Positions 1 to 10,596 of a stretch of 42,016 bases of DNA are shown piece by piece. This stretch comes from Promethearchaeota archaeon (GTDB lineage Archaea; Asgardarchaeota; Lokiarchaeia; Sigyniarchaeales; SOKP01), in the NCBI GenBank assembly GCA_048941265.1, contig JBHLNT010000020.1, positions 1-42,016 on the forward strand, in the 5' to 3' direction. The stretch's first letter is position 1; each line of letters opens with the position of its first letter. Both the position numbers and the translations under genes were made by a program. Under the pieces are notes generated by a model that ran no database searches, was not told the origin of the DNA, and saw only the letters and a program-made list of their open reading frames with translations.

Positions 1-578
1 CCTATTATCCTCAGAATGCTTCCAATAAAGACAAGTATAATTGTTATATTCATTATTCCACCTATTTTCAAAAGAGTAGAACCGCTTTTTCCCGATTTGG
101 CAATAGAAGGGGGAAAAGATGATATATTCTCTCCAAAAAATATCTCTAAACGATCCCAAGCTTGGTATTCGATAAATCCTGAAATAAATATGAGAATAAT
201 ACCAATGATCAAACAAATTACGAGTGGAAATGTCTGATAAAAGGTTGCCGAACTTTGAGCTAATAGAGCAGCGAAACCTAAAAAACCTATCATGAAAAAA
301 AAATTCCCGATAAAAAAGAGTATTGTAGATGAGATGATTTTACTTTTACACTGATCCAATCGAACATTATTGATCACTTTATTTGCTTTCTTAAGAATTC
401 CCGCGAATAAAAATCTAAAAACCATTATAACGATTAGCAGAATTATGATGAAAATCGCCATAAATAATAACCCAAATAAGAGAAGCATGAATAACAGAAA
501 GAAAATCTCCAATATAGCTAATATCAACGCTTTACTTCCTAATGAAGAGAATTCCTTATTTACATTGATTTCTGACAA
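1..578 (-). CDS. Multi-pass membrane protein, 3'-truncated by the window edge
   Basis: Not in the ORF track because it has no stop in the window. Manual translation from TTG at 578 gives LSEINVNKEFSSLGSKALILAILEIFF...LLKIGGIMNITIILVFIGSILRII with several hydrophobic helices; GGCGG lies upstream. The + strand ORFs 16..237 and 370..630 are its antisense shadows. Confidence 0.7.
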   Translation of the reverse strand, partial: MSEINVNKEFSSLGSKALILAILEIFFLLFMLLLFGLLFMAIFIIILLIVIMVFRFLFAGILKKANKVINNVRLDQCKSKIISSTILFFIGNFFFMIGFLGFAALLAQSSATFYQTFPLVICLIIGIILIFISGFIEYQAWDRLEIFFGENISSFPPSIAKSGKSGSTLLKIGGIMNITIILVFIGSILRII

Positions 579-937
579 TTTATTTCCGCCTTTATTTTTT
601 TTAAAAATTTTTGTAAACATGTTAAATTAATCAAAGATATATATAAGTTTTATGGAAAGAATTAAGTTCTGAATCCTTGAATAAAAAATCTCGCATACTA
701 TCAAAGGAAACAGTGTTTTGTAGCTTTAATTTATTATATATTAAAAATATTTTAATCATTTATCAAACTAAATATTACTCTTTTTAAAGTATTCCGTAAT
801 TGAGTCATATTAATAGCTTCTAAAGATGGATTTGTTTAGGAACTTATGTTTTTTATAAATTTCTCTCTAATAATTTGACTTATTGTTTGTTAAAAACTTG
901 TTTGCTAGAAACTCGGTTAATCATAGTACCGATATAA

Positions 938-1333
938 TTAATAATTTGATATGATACTGATAACGAAGATTAAAACAATAATTCCAAAAATTATATCAAT
1001 TGCCCCTACTATTATACCTAAAATCGCCATAGATTTATCCTCCTCTCTTCTAATCCCCGTAATACCAAAGATTATTGCTAAGATGCCGAAGATAATCCCA
1101 ACTCCAGTAACCACTCCTCCAAATAATCCTATATTAGCAAATATTAACGCTAATGCACTATGTTTATGTGATTTCCCGCTAGACGGCTGTTGGGCTGCTT
1201 GGGTATATTTTGGGGTATAATATTGAGGAGTAGGTTGTGAAGTATAACCCCCTCCCAAAGCTGTACCGCATTGGGGACAGACATTCCAAGATGGATCCAC
1301 ACTTGTTCCGCAGTTAGAACAAAAATTTGCCAT
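938..1333 (-). CDS. Zinc-ribbon domain + 2-TM (DUF4190-like) membrane protein
   Basis: MANFCSNCG...CPQCG (two CxxC), a Q/P/Y-rich linker, then two Gly-rich TM helices. The likely start is ATG at 1333 rather than 1381. Confidence 0.8.
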   Translation of the reverse strand: MANFCSNCGTSVDPSWNVCPQCGTALGGGYTSQPTPQYYTPKYTQAAQQPSSGKSHKHSALALIFANIGLFGGVVTGVGIIFGILAIIFGITGIRREEDKSMAILGIIVGAIDIIFGIIVLIFVISIISNY

Positions 1334-1491
1334 AAGTATAATATATCTTTTTATCTTAAAAAAGTAATTCAGATTAATCACAAATTCTTATAATTAATCA
1401 TTATTAACTTATACTAAGAGATCTCTAAAATTTCACCTTTAGAGTAAGGCTAAAATAAGCAATCGATATATATATTAATTTTATAATTTTG

Positions 1492-2958
1492 TCAAACATT
1501 TTCTGGATTCCATATAGAATTAATTCCATGGAATTCTTTAAAATTCTTCATATTGTGTTTAAAAAATCTACTCACAGATAATAATCGATAAGCACTTATA
1601 AAATTTCTAAAAGTTTCTTTTATTATATATTTAGGATTTGTAAAAAACTGGTATAACATTTCTGAAATCAAATTTGAAATCTTTCTTGTTGGAACACCAT
1701 TGGGATCTATGTCTGAGATATGTACTCCTTGTTCCCAATATTTATCTTCATCTAAGATATTTTTTTCCACCATTTCATCCCAAATATCGGTTCCTGGCAT
1801 TGTTCCAAGAAGATTATAGATTGGAACATCAATATCTAATTTCTGAGCAAATTTCAAAGTGTTATAAATCTCTCGAAGAGTTTCCCCTGGAGCACCAACC
1901 ACAAATGAAGCAGTAATAAAGGGGATTTTTGCTTTTCTCGCTTTTTTTATTGCGAGTATTGATTGATCCGGTGTAATTGCTTTTTTATAGTAATCAAGAA
2001 TTCTCTGATTTGCACTTTCAACACCAAAACAAAGAAATCTACAATTTGATCTCCGCATCTCCCTTAACATTTCATCTGATACCTGGTTAACTCTTCCTTC
2101 ACACATCCAATCCATATCAACGTTATGTTTCCGTAATAATTGACAAAGTTTTATTACTCTTTTTTGTGAAACAGTAAAATTATCATCTACAAAATTGATG
2201 AATTTGTACCCCTCACTATCTAAATAGAGAATTTCTTCCAAAATGTTTTCTACTGAGCGAGTCCTAAATCCGATAGATCTTTTTCCATAACAAAATGTAC
2301 AATGATAAGGGCAACCACGAGATGAAACCATCGATGTAAAACCCTCTGGAACTAGTTTTAAACTGCCGAAGCTTGCTGGATACTCTATCTTTAATGCTTT
2401 TCGATCGGGAAAAGGTAATGCATCAAGGTTCTTTATTAATTCACGATTTTCATTTTTTTGTATTTTTCCATTATCTCTATAAGTTATTCCTTTAATATCT
2501 TTTAATGAATGGCCTTTTTCAAGGGCATTGACTAACTCCAAAAAAGTGTATTCTCCCTCGTCTCTCACACATACATCTACTTGAGAATATCTGTTTAAAA
2601 TTCTATAATCATTGACGGTTGCATGGCGGTTTCCAAATACTATCTTAATGTTAGGATTCCAATTTTTAACTTCTATCGCAGTCTTTGCCGCACTTATCCC
2701 TGAACCGGACGCTGTTAAAGTAGAAAATCCTAAAATTTCTGGATCTCTTTTTTTTACCCACTTTACAATCTGTTCTAAACTAAAACCAACCGCGGCTTGG
2801 TCAATTATTTCCACATCATAATTCTCTTTCTTTAACACGGCACTCAAATAGCAAATTCCTAAAGGAGGATAAACATGATCCGCACTCGCTACGATTCTGC
2901 CTTTTTCCAAAATTTCTCCAGGTCCAGGATTGATCAAAGCAATCTTAATTACTTTCAC
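1492..2958 (-). CDS. Cobalamin-binding radical SAM protein (class B methyltransferase-like)
   Basis: N-terminal B12-binding domain (YPPLGICYLSAVLK, GNRHAT, DEGEYT), then SRGCPYHCTFC, FVDDNF, FGVES, GAPGET. Confidence 0.9.
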   Translation of the reverse strand: MKVIKIALINPGPGEILEKGRIVASADHVYPPLGICYLSAVLKKENYDVEIIDQAAVGFSLEQIVKWVKKRDPEILGFSTLTASGSGISAAKTAIEVKNWNPNIKIVFGNRHATVNDYRILNRYSQVDVCVRDEGEYTFLELVNALEKGHSLKDIKGITYRDNGKIQKNENRELIKNLDALPFPDRKALKIEYPASFGSLKLVPEGFTSMVSSRGCPYHCTFCYGKRSIGFRTRSVENILEEILYLDSEGYKFINFVDDNFTVSQKRVIKLCQLLRKHNVDMDWMCEGRVNQVSDEMLREMRRSNCRFLCFGVESANQRILDYYKKAITPDQSILAIKKARKAKIPFITASFVVGAPGETLREIYNTLKFAQKLDIDVPIYNLLGTMPGTDIWDEMVEKNILDEDKYWEQGVHISDIDPNGVPTRKISNLISEMLYQFFTNPKYIIKETFRNFISAYRLLSVSRFFKHNMKNFKEFHGINSIWNPENV

Positions 2959-3020
2959 CCTTCATTAAATATTTGCTTAATGTATATTCATTAGCAATAA
3001 TATTAATTTCCAATGAATAA

Positions 3021-4520
3021 TCACCCCCAAAAAGGTTTCCAGTTATTCCATATATCCCATTGTTTGACATTTTTAAAATTGTGTAGGAAACCTCTTATTC
3101 TATATCCACTCTTTAATGTCTTTAATATCTGCCGAGAGATATAACTAGGGCGCTGCATGAACTTGATGTGAGTTAGTCTTATTCGTGTCATTAGTTCACT
3201 TAAAGGAACAGGAAGCACGGCTGTACCAACTTCCCAACTTTCATCAGGATTAATTCTTTTTTCCTTAACCATTTGATCCCAAATCCAATTCCCGGGTATC
3301 ACGCCCAAAATATGGAATTGTGGAAAATCAATGTCTAATTTTAGTGATAAATTTAAGGTTTCAACTATTTCGTCACGTGTTTCAATGGGTGCTCCTAAAA
3401 TGAAGTTTCCTATAATAAAATCAATTCCAACTTTTTTAGTATTCTTTATTGCCTCATAAATCTGATTTAGAGTAATCTTCTTGTTATACCAGTCTAACAT
3501 TCTTTGTGAGCCACTTTCAATACCATAACTTAGGACTTTACAGCCCATCAGTTTCATCGCGGTTAATAATTCTCTTGAACTTTGTGTTACCCGACCATCG
3601 GCCATCCATTTTAAATCTATCTTCTCTTTTCTTATTAAATTGGACAACTTTAGTAATCTTTTTTTATTTAACGTAAAGTTATCATCAACCCAAAGTAAAC
3701 TTTCATAACCATTTTCTTCAAGAATTGATAACTCCTCCACTATATTTTCTGGAGATCTTGGACGCCACTTATTCCAAAATTTAGCACTTGAACAAAATGA
3801 GCATTTAAATGCACATCCTCTTGAAGATGCCGCAGAAGTAAATTTTCCTAGCGCGATATCTAGCCCTTCAACTTTGCTCTTATATTTAACATTCCCTAAT
3901 AATTTTCTATTTGGAAAAGGTAACTCATCTATATTTTCAATTAGTGGTCTATCATCATTTCTAATAACTCTGCCATTATCTCGATATGTTAACCCTCTAA
4001 TATCTTCAAATCCCCTTCCTTTTTCCACTTTTTTGGCAATTTCAAAAAGAGTTTTCTCGCCCTCACCCCTTACACAAGCATCTATAAATGGATATTTGTT
4101 TAAGATTCTATAATCATTAAAAGTTGCATGATAATTTCCAAATAAGATTTTAATGTTTGGATTAATCTCCTCTTTTACCCGTTTTGCTATACGGGCGGAT
4201 ATAACGCCGGTACCCGCTGTTGTAATAGTTGAAAATCCCAAAATATCAGGATCCTCTTGCTTTATCCAGTTTAACGTTTTTTCAATGGAATAACCTCTCG
4301 CAAATTGATCTAATATAGATACATCAAAATAGTTTTGTAGATATGTAGCAAGATATAGTATTCCAATGGGAGGAAAGCCATAAAATTCAATTTTTTCTTT
4401 ATTGTATCTCTCGGCTCCTCTGACTGTGCCGCAAAAAGTCCCTTTATCGGGGGGACGAGGAAAAATTAAAGATATTTTCAAATATTTCACATTAAGTCTT
4501 GTGTTAAAAATATAAGCCAT
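3021..4520 (-). CDS. Cobalamin-binding radical SAM protein, tandem paralog of 1492..2958
   Basis: PPIGILYLA, GNYHAT, RGEGE, SRGCAFKCSFC, VDDNF, YGIESGS. Shares 'NDYRILN' and 'TYRDNG' with its neighbour. The true start may be about 30 nt downstream. Confidence 0.9.
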   Translation of the reverse strand: MAYIFNTRLNVKYLKISLIFPRPPDKGTFCGTVRGAERYNKEKIEFYGFPPIGILYLATYLQNYFDVSILDQFARGYSIEKTLNWIKQEDPDILGFSTITTAGTGVISARIAKRVKEEINPNIKILFGNYHATFNDYRILNKYPFIDACVRGEGEKTLFEIAKKVEKGRGFEDIRGLTYRDNGRVIRNDDRPLIENIDELPFPNRKLLGNVKYKSKVEGLDIALGKFTSAASSRGCAFKCSFCSSAKFWNKWRPRSPENIVEELSILEENGYESLLWVDDNFTLNKKRLLKLSNLIRKEKIDLKWMADGRVTQSSRELLTAMKLMGCKVLSYGIESGSQRMLDWYNKKITLNQIYEAIKNTKKVGIDFIIGNFILGAPIETRDEIVETLNLSLKLDIDFPQFHILGVIPGNWIWDQMVKEKRINPDESWEVGTAVLPVPLSELMTRIRLTHIKFMQRPSYISRQILKTLKSGYRIRGFLHNFKNVKQWDIWNNWKPFWG

Positions 4521-4790
4521 TAAAACAATTTAAAATTATCCTTAAAAATAAAACTCCATTATTCCAGTTCTTCAGAATTAATATTTTGATTTCAATCTTT
4601 AAATAAATTTGTCGATTGATTCTACTAAATCAACAAATTCAGATTAAACCATTTTCAATTTTTATATTTTTGAAGTAAAATCTTTAAAAACAGTGTTACT
4701 TTACGAATAACAAATACTCTTATTATTAAATAAGACTATTTAAGTAATATAAGCAAATTTTCTTATATATTTAAAAAATGAACGGGATAG

Positions 4791-5969
4791 TTGTTATTAT
4801 ATACAAAGAAAAATGTCATGTTAAAATATAAACAGAAAAGTCAGGACTTAACCGAGTTTCCCATGTACGGTTATGCATGGGGATATATTATCTCTAAATT
4901 TTTTGACTCGTTTAAGTCTTTCTCATATTTACTTGATAAATGTGAGACTAGGATGTTAAATAATGATATATCTAAATTTTACAGCGAGAAACCAATTTAT
5001 ATTACTGGACTTACTCGTGCCGGAACGACAATCATTTTAGAAATGTTACATAAACATCCAGATTTAGCATCGCACCGATATAAGCACTTTATTATACCAT
5101 ACACTCCACATTGGATTGGAACGATGTTTAATAAGAAAACAATATCCGCAAAATCCTTTCATCGACTCCATAAGGATGGAATACTTGTCACATACGAGAG
5201 TCCTGAGGCGATAGAAGAAATATTTTGGCAGAAGTTCTTTAAAGGTATCCATAATGAAAATACTTCGAACATACTTTCGGCAAATGTTAGCAATCCCGAC
5301 TTTGAAAAGTTTTATATAAACCATACTCGAAAGCTTATTTTTAGTCAACAAGCTTCCCGTTATTTAGCTAAAAATAATTACAATATTACGAGAATGGAAT
5401 ATTTGCTTCGATTATTTCCTTATTCTAAATTTTTGGTGATTATCCGCAATCCTGTAGATCAAATTGCTTCTTTAATCAAACAGACAAGGCTTTTTAAAGA
5501 GATGGAACGTGAAAATCCTTTTTTAAAAGATTGGCTAAGAATTATCGGTCATCATGAGTTCGGTCATAATCAAGTTTGTATAAACGTGGGAAATATGGAT
5601 CTAATATATAAAATTCGTAACTTATGGAGAAATAAAAAAACCTATGTGAAGGGCTGGGCTTATTATTGGAGTTCTATATACGATTTTGTAGCCAATCTTT
5701 TAGATAAAAATGAAGAACTTAAAAAGGCAACCCTTATTGTCAGTTATGATGAATTATGCGAGACACCTGGGAAAATTATTGATCAAATCCTTGAACATAC
5801 TAAACTGCCTACAGAAAAATTTGAGAAAGCCAGAGAATATTATCTTGAGCATTTACATAAACCTACTTATTATACTCCGGATTTTTCAAAACAGGAACTT
5901 ACCTACATTTCTGAAGTTACAAAAACAACAGTTGCACGATACGGGCTAAATATGCCAAAATTTAAATAA
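4791..5969 (+). CDS. Sulfotransferase family protein
   Basis: 5'-PSB loop PIYITGLTRAGTTILE-type motif followed by HP; KN; IIRNPVDQIAS (3'-PB motif); SYDELCETP. Confidence 0.85.
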   Translation: MLLYTKKNVMLKYKQKSQDLTEFPMYGYAWGYIISKFFDSFKSFSYLLDKCETRMLNNDISKFYSEKPIYITGLTRAGTTIILEMLHKHPDLASHRYKHFIIPYTPHWIGTMFNKKTISAKSFHRLHKDGILVTYESPEAIEEIFWQKFFKGIHNENTSNILSANVSNPDFEKFYINHTRKLIFSQQASRYLAKNNYNITRMEYLLRLFPYSKFLVIIRNPVDQIASLIKQTRLFKEMERENPFLKDWLRIIGHHEFGHNQVCINVGNMDLIYKIRNLWRNKKTYVKGWAYYWSSIYDFVANLLDKNEELKKATLIVSYDELCETPGKIIDQILEHTKLPTEKFEKAREYYLEHLHKPTYYTPDFSKQELTYISEVTKTTVARYGLNMPKFK

Positions 5970-5984
5970 GATTCTTTTGATAAA

Positions 5985-6755
5985 TTAAACTAATTTTTCT
6001 CTTTCAATTAATAATTGTTTTAAATTAGAGAACTTAGCTTTATTAGAAATTGCTTCTCTTATAAAATTAATTATTCTAGCAGTAAATTTATTTCCAGTAT
6101 TTACCCAACGATCAGGTCTGAATTGTACATTTTTAAGAAAACTAAAAACATTAGTTTGATTCAAAACTAAATTTTTCATATTTACTGCTTCCCATGGATG
6201 AAAATATAAGATTACTAGGTTTTCTTTAAAAATTTTTTTTCGCAACAAGTAATAACTTAAAGGGACCCTAAAAAAAATACTATATTCAGATGGATGAAAT
6301 TCTTGGATTTGATAATTATTTATATGATAATTTTTTAACTGTTTAGCAGATTTAATCGATGAATCATATTTAAAACCTAAATTATTCAATATTTTGAATA
6401 AATATTTTGGAGGTCTTAAATAGGGAGCCCGAAACCCAGTAATTTCCGATTTTTGACATATTCTTTCTATTAATCTCTTACTTTGTTGAATAGTTTCATA
6501 ACATGTTTGATAAGTGAGGTTTGTAAGTCGTTCATGATTTAAGCCATGACAAGCAATTTCGTGTCCTCTGCACTCAATTAATCTTATAGACTCTGGTAAC
6601 TGCTCAGCAACCCTCCCTGTACAAAAAAAAGTCCCTTTAATTTTAAAAGTATCTAAGATTTTCAAGATTTTCAATAATCCAACTTTCACTCCAAAGTATG
6701 TATCTAAAAAGTTAGGATTATCACTTTCAATATCAAAAGTTAGAGCAACTTTCAT
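5985..6755 (-). CDS. Polysaccharide deacetylase (CE4/NodB-like)
   Basis: LTFDIE, GHEIACHGLNH, GFRAP, YDSS, YFHPWE motifs. Confidence 0.9.
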   Translation of the reverse strand: MKVALTFDIESDNPNFLDTYFGVKVGLLKILKILDTFKIKGTFFCTGRVAEQLPESIRLIECRGHEIACHGLNHERLTNLTYQTCYETIQQSKRLIERICQKSEITGFRAPYLRPPKYLFKILNNLGFKYDSSIKSAKQLKNYHINNYQIQEFHPSEYSIFFRVPLSYYLLRKKIFKENLVILYFHPWEAVNMKNLVLNQTNVFSFLKNVQFRPDRWVNTGNKFTARIINFIREAISNKAKFSNLKQLLIEREKLV

Positions 6756-7001
6756 TATATAAGTATGAGCATTAAGATATGGTATAAACTAATTCATTTT
6801 TATTAAATTTTATGAGCAGTCTAATACGATCTTCTTTAATAAGTCTAAATTATTAGTATATAAGAGTTGAATATGAATTTAATAATAGAATAAGAGGGGA
6901 GTAGATTATTATAAGAAGATGTATTAAATCATAAATATGACTCTTCAGTAAATTTGTCATTTCAATTATTAAAAGAATAAATTAATTTAGGTGAATTTGA
7001 C

Positions 7002-7772
7002 ATGTTCTTTAAAACTAAAGACGGCACAATCTTACATGGTCGTATGGCAGGATGCGGAAGGACTTTAGTTATATGGTCTCCTGGTGCGGGAGGAAATACT
7101 GTTGATGCAGAAAAATGGTGTGAACCACTCGAAGACCTGTATGGCTATTCCACATTTTCATATGATTTGAGGGGACAAGGTAAAAGTAAAGGTCTTCTAT
7201 TTGATCTTGAAAATCAAATTCGAGATATTGAATTTGCCATTGATGCTGCTATAAGTAAAATGAAAGAAAGAGGGAAAGGTCCTGACCGAGTTATTCTAAT
7301 CGGTCATAGTTTAGGAGCAGTGGCATCTTTAACACTTGGTATTCAAGATCCTAGACTGGATCTAGTCTTTGCTATATCTTCATTATATTCGATTGAAGAT
7401 TTCATGGTTGCCGATAAGGTATATAACAAAGAAGAACAAGATAAATCATTATTCGCCATCGGAAAACGGATTTTAAACAAATTAAAAAAACCAATTAGTT
7501 CACCGTGGTGGTTTAAACAATTTATTAACATTGTTTCAGGAGGAAAGACACTTCTTATGCCTAAATATCATTTAACTGATGAATTAATAAAAAAAGTCTA
7601 TCTTATCCATGGTACGGAAGACGAATATGTACCTTTCGAAAAAAGTGCCAAACATATTATAGAAAAATATAACCTTAGTAAGGATAGATATTTATTGATT
7701 GATGCGGGGCATTCATTTCAAGATCCAGAGAAAGTAAAAGAAATTATAGCCTGGATCCATAGCAAAATTTGA
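7002..7772 (+). CDS. Alpha/beta hydrolase
   Basis: DLRGQGKS, nucleophile elbow GHSLG, IHGTEDEYVP, AGH. Confidence 0.9.
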   Translation: MFFKTKDGTILHGRMAGCGRTLVIWSPGAGGNTVDAEKWCEPLEDLYGYSTFSYDLRGQGKSKGLLFDLENQIRDIEFAIDAAISKMKERGKGPDRVILIGHSLGAVASLTLGIQDPRLDLVFAISSLYSIEDFMVADKVYNKEEQDKSLFAIGKRILNKLKKPISSPWWFKQFINIVSGGKTLLMPKYHLTDELIKKVYLIHGTEDEYVPFEKSAKHIIEKYNLSKDRYLLIDAGHSFQDPEKVKEIIAWIHSKI

Positions 7773-7813
7773 ATGGATAATAATTATTACTGATTATTAG
7801 AAATGATTCTTAT

Positions 7814-8584
7814 TTAATCATCCAATTTCTTTGCTAATTCATAGTAAATATCTTTCATAGAAAAATATTGCCAAATGCGTTTAGCACTGCGTTTAACGGA
7901 TAAATTTCTTCCACTAGTCAATACAGATATTAAATTAAGAGTCTTGATTTTACCTTTTTTTATTTTTCGAATTAAATATATTAAGGAATCGGAAAAAACT
8001 TTATCGGCTCCTAATCCACTTGGGGGTTCTTTGAACCCACCAACTTTAAAGTATATCTTTCTCCTAACAATAGTATTACATCCGCAAAGTTCAGGATATC
8101 CGAATAAAGTTTTAAAAAAATACCAAGAATGCATCAAAAAATTTATAAAAAAATATTGTGTAATAGTACAGGATATCGAACCAATTTTAAATGAAAGAAT
8201 TTTTCCATCATAGTATTTAAATCGAGCGGCACACGCAAAAAGATTTTTATTTTTTTTAAACTTTTTATAAAGTGTTTGTAAGAAATACGGCTTTATGATT
8301 GTATCTCCATCCAAAAAAAGAATTAAATCTCCAATCGATTTTAAAGCACCGTAATTTAATTGAAAAACTCTACCTTTTTGAGGCGATATATATACCTTAG
8401 CATACTTATTAGCAATAGAAACGGTATTATCGGAGCTTTGGCCATCAACCACAATAACCTCATATGGGAAATCACAAACTTGCTTTTTTACAGCTATTAG
8501 TGTTTCTTGTATATAATTTTCCTCATTATAAACTGGAATAACAACTGAAATTTTAGGTTTATTTTTCGGGCTAATTAATTTCAT
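7814..8584 (-). CDS. Glycosyltransferase family 2
   Basis: ISVVIPVYNEE, VVDGQSSDNT, FLDGD, VGGF. Confidence 0.9.
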   Translation of the reverse strand: MKLISPKNKPKISVVIPVYNEENYIQETLIAVKKQVCDFPYEVIVVDGQSSDNTVSIANKYAKVYISPQKGRVFQLNYGALKSIGDLILFLDGDTIIKPYFLQTLYKKFKKNKNLFACAARFKYYDGKILSFKIGSISCTITQYFFINFLMHSWYFFKTLFGYPELCGCNTIVRRKIYFKVGGFKEPPSGLGADKVFSDSLIYLIRKIKKGKIKTLNLISVLTSGRNLSVKRSAKRIWQYFSMKDIYYELAKKLDD

Positions 8585-8709
8585 TCTTTTTCCTATAAAT
8601 AGAATGATTTTTGGTCTTATATTTAATTTATATCAACATAAAAAAAGTATTTATTATTAAAAGATGTTTTTTTATTATTTCATAAAGGTTTGGAATTTGA
8701 ATTGTAAAA

Positions 8710-9807
8710 ATGAAAAAAAGATTTCTAGTTTTATCTATTTTATTTATCTTTCAAACTATTTTTATGATTATATTTGTATTTAGCCGCATATTTTATTCAA
8801 ATCTTTATATAGACACAATTTATAATTATTTTACATATTGGTCAAGTATTATTTTCTATGAATATAGCATGTATTTCTATGGAGCTCTTTTGGTTTCTTT
8901 TGTTATTTTATTATTTTTATTTATCTTAGGATATAACTTAGCAAAATCAATGCAGTTAGCAGGGTCGATAATTTATATTTCTAGTATTCTAGGATTTGTA
9001 ATAGTAATTTTAATAGGATTGCTGTACACTTATATTAGCATTTTATTTAACGAAAATCTTTCACTAAATACGAGATTAATGCTATTTTTTCTTTTTTTAC
9101 CTTTTATTTTTGTATTTGGTTTAATTCTATTTTTAGTAAATATTGATTTCTATATTTTTCTTAAAGATTTGATTAAAGCCCGAAAAATTTGGAAACATAA
9201 AAGACCTAAATTTGAAATTGAACTTAAAGGAAAAATAACATATATTAATATAGAGACTAATGAACATATTTTCACTCCTATACCAATTTTGATTATAGCA
9301 AAGTATCTTCGAAGCCAAGGATTCTCTATTTCGTGGTTTGTAAAGGGTGCTTTTAATCATTTATTCTCTCTTATAATTACATATCTAATTGGGTGGCCTA
9401 GAGCTAGGAATGCTCTATTTCGATTTATCGGAATGAAAATAGGGAAGAATTGCCATATTTCTTCGAGGTCAATACCAGACCCACTTTTACCCGAATTAAT
9501 TGAATTTGAGGACGGTAGTGGTTGCGGGATTGGAGTACAATTATTAACCCATAACGTTATGAATATAAAACATGCAAGTTTCAGTTTTGCCCCGATTAAG
9601 ATATGTGAAAATGCGAGAATAGGAGCATTCTCAATCATATTACCTGGCGTTACTATTGGTAAAGGATCGATAATTGGAGCAAGCTCCGTTGTAACAGAAG
9701 ATATTCCCCCTTATTCTATTGCAATTGGTTCTCCTGCAAAGGTTGTGCGGCAATTAACTGATTCAGAAAAAGAAGAAGTAAATAAAAAATACTATTCTAT
9801 TTCGTAA
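8710..9807 (+). CDS. Membrane-anchored hexapeptide-repeat (LbH) O-acyltransferase
   Basis: About 4 N-terminal TM helices; C-terminal GMKIGKNCHI...RIGAFSIILPGVTIGKGSIIGASSVVTEDIPPYSIAIGSPAK. Confidence 0.85.
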   Translation: MKKRFLVLSILFIFQTIFMIIFVFSRIFYSNLYIDTIYNYFTYWSSIIFYEYSMYFYGALLVSFVILLFLFILGYNLAKSMQLAGSIIYISSILGFVIVILIGLLYTYISILFNENLSLNTRLMLFFLFLPFIFVFGLILFLVNIDFYIFLKDLIKARKIWKHKRPKFEIELKGKITYINIETNEHIFTPIPILIIAKYLRSQGFSISWFVKGAFNHLFSLIITYLIGWPRARNALFRFIGMKIGKNCHISSRSIPDPLLPELIEFEDGSGCGIGVQLLTHNVMNIKHASFSFAPIKICENARIGAFSIILPGVTIGKGSIIGASSVVTEDIPPYSIAIGSPAKVVRQLTDSEKEEVNKKYYSIS

Positions 9808-10579
9808 TGAAATTCTCAATCAGTTTGTTAATTTTTATATGGTTCTCGACCATTACTCTATGTGTACAATTCTTAATAACAGCGATCTCTGAACTAGGAA
9901 TTAAATTATCCATTTCATTAGTTTGCGATTTATTGATAATCGGATCTTTATCACCATAAATAATAAGGGTTGGTGGAAATATCTTGATTAAGTCTTTATT
10001 CAAACAAAATTTAGATGTCATTGTTTTAAACGTACTTAATACAATTGATTTGGGTATTTTCAATGAATTATTATAAAGTTTTCTAAAGTCTCTATTTTCT
10101 CTTTCTATTGAAAGAATTCTTCTGATAATCATTTTCAAGATAATCTTATATATTAATTTAAAAATGAGAGTAAAAAATAATAACCTTATTTTTTCTTTTT
10201 TTGATTGAATAAATGAGGTTGGAGTACTTATTAAAATGAGTTTTTTTACTGAAATTTGGTTTTGAAGAATTATGTTTTGAGCTATCAATCCTCCCAGAGA
10301 ATGCCCGATAAGAATAATCTCATTATATTTAAGTAATTTAAGAAAATCTAATATATGGTTTGTAAAAAATTCAACAGAATATTTTATTTTTGGTTTATCA
10401 GATTTTCCATAACCTGGTAAGTCTAACATAATAATATGCTCTTTGGAATTAAAATAGCAAAATTGATGAATCCATTCGAATGAGCTTCCTAACCATCCAT
10501 GAATAAATACCAGAGGTGTTCCTCTAATTTTATTTTCAATATAGAAAACTTTTGATTGATTTACTAAAATGAATGGCAA
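9797..10579 (-). CDS. Alpha/beta hydrolase
   Basis: FIHGW, DLPGYGKSD, GHSLGG, PTLIIYGDKD, H near the C-terminus. Confidence 0.9.
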   Translation of the reverse strand: MPFILVNQSKVFYIENKIRGTPLVFIHGWLGSSFEWIHQFCYFNSKEHIIMLDLPGYGKSDKPKIKYSVEFFTNHILDFLKLLKYNEIILIGHSLGGLIAQNIILQNQISVKKLILISTPTSFIQSKKEKIRLLFFTLIFKLIYKIILKMIIRRILSIERENRDFRKLYNNSLKIPKSIVLSTFKTMTSKFCLNKDLIKIFPPTLIIYGDKDPIINKSQTNEMDNLIPSSEIAVIKNCTHRVMVENHIKINKLIENFITK

Positions 10580-10596
10580 TTTTCAATTAAATGAGT

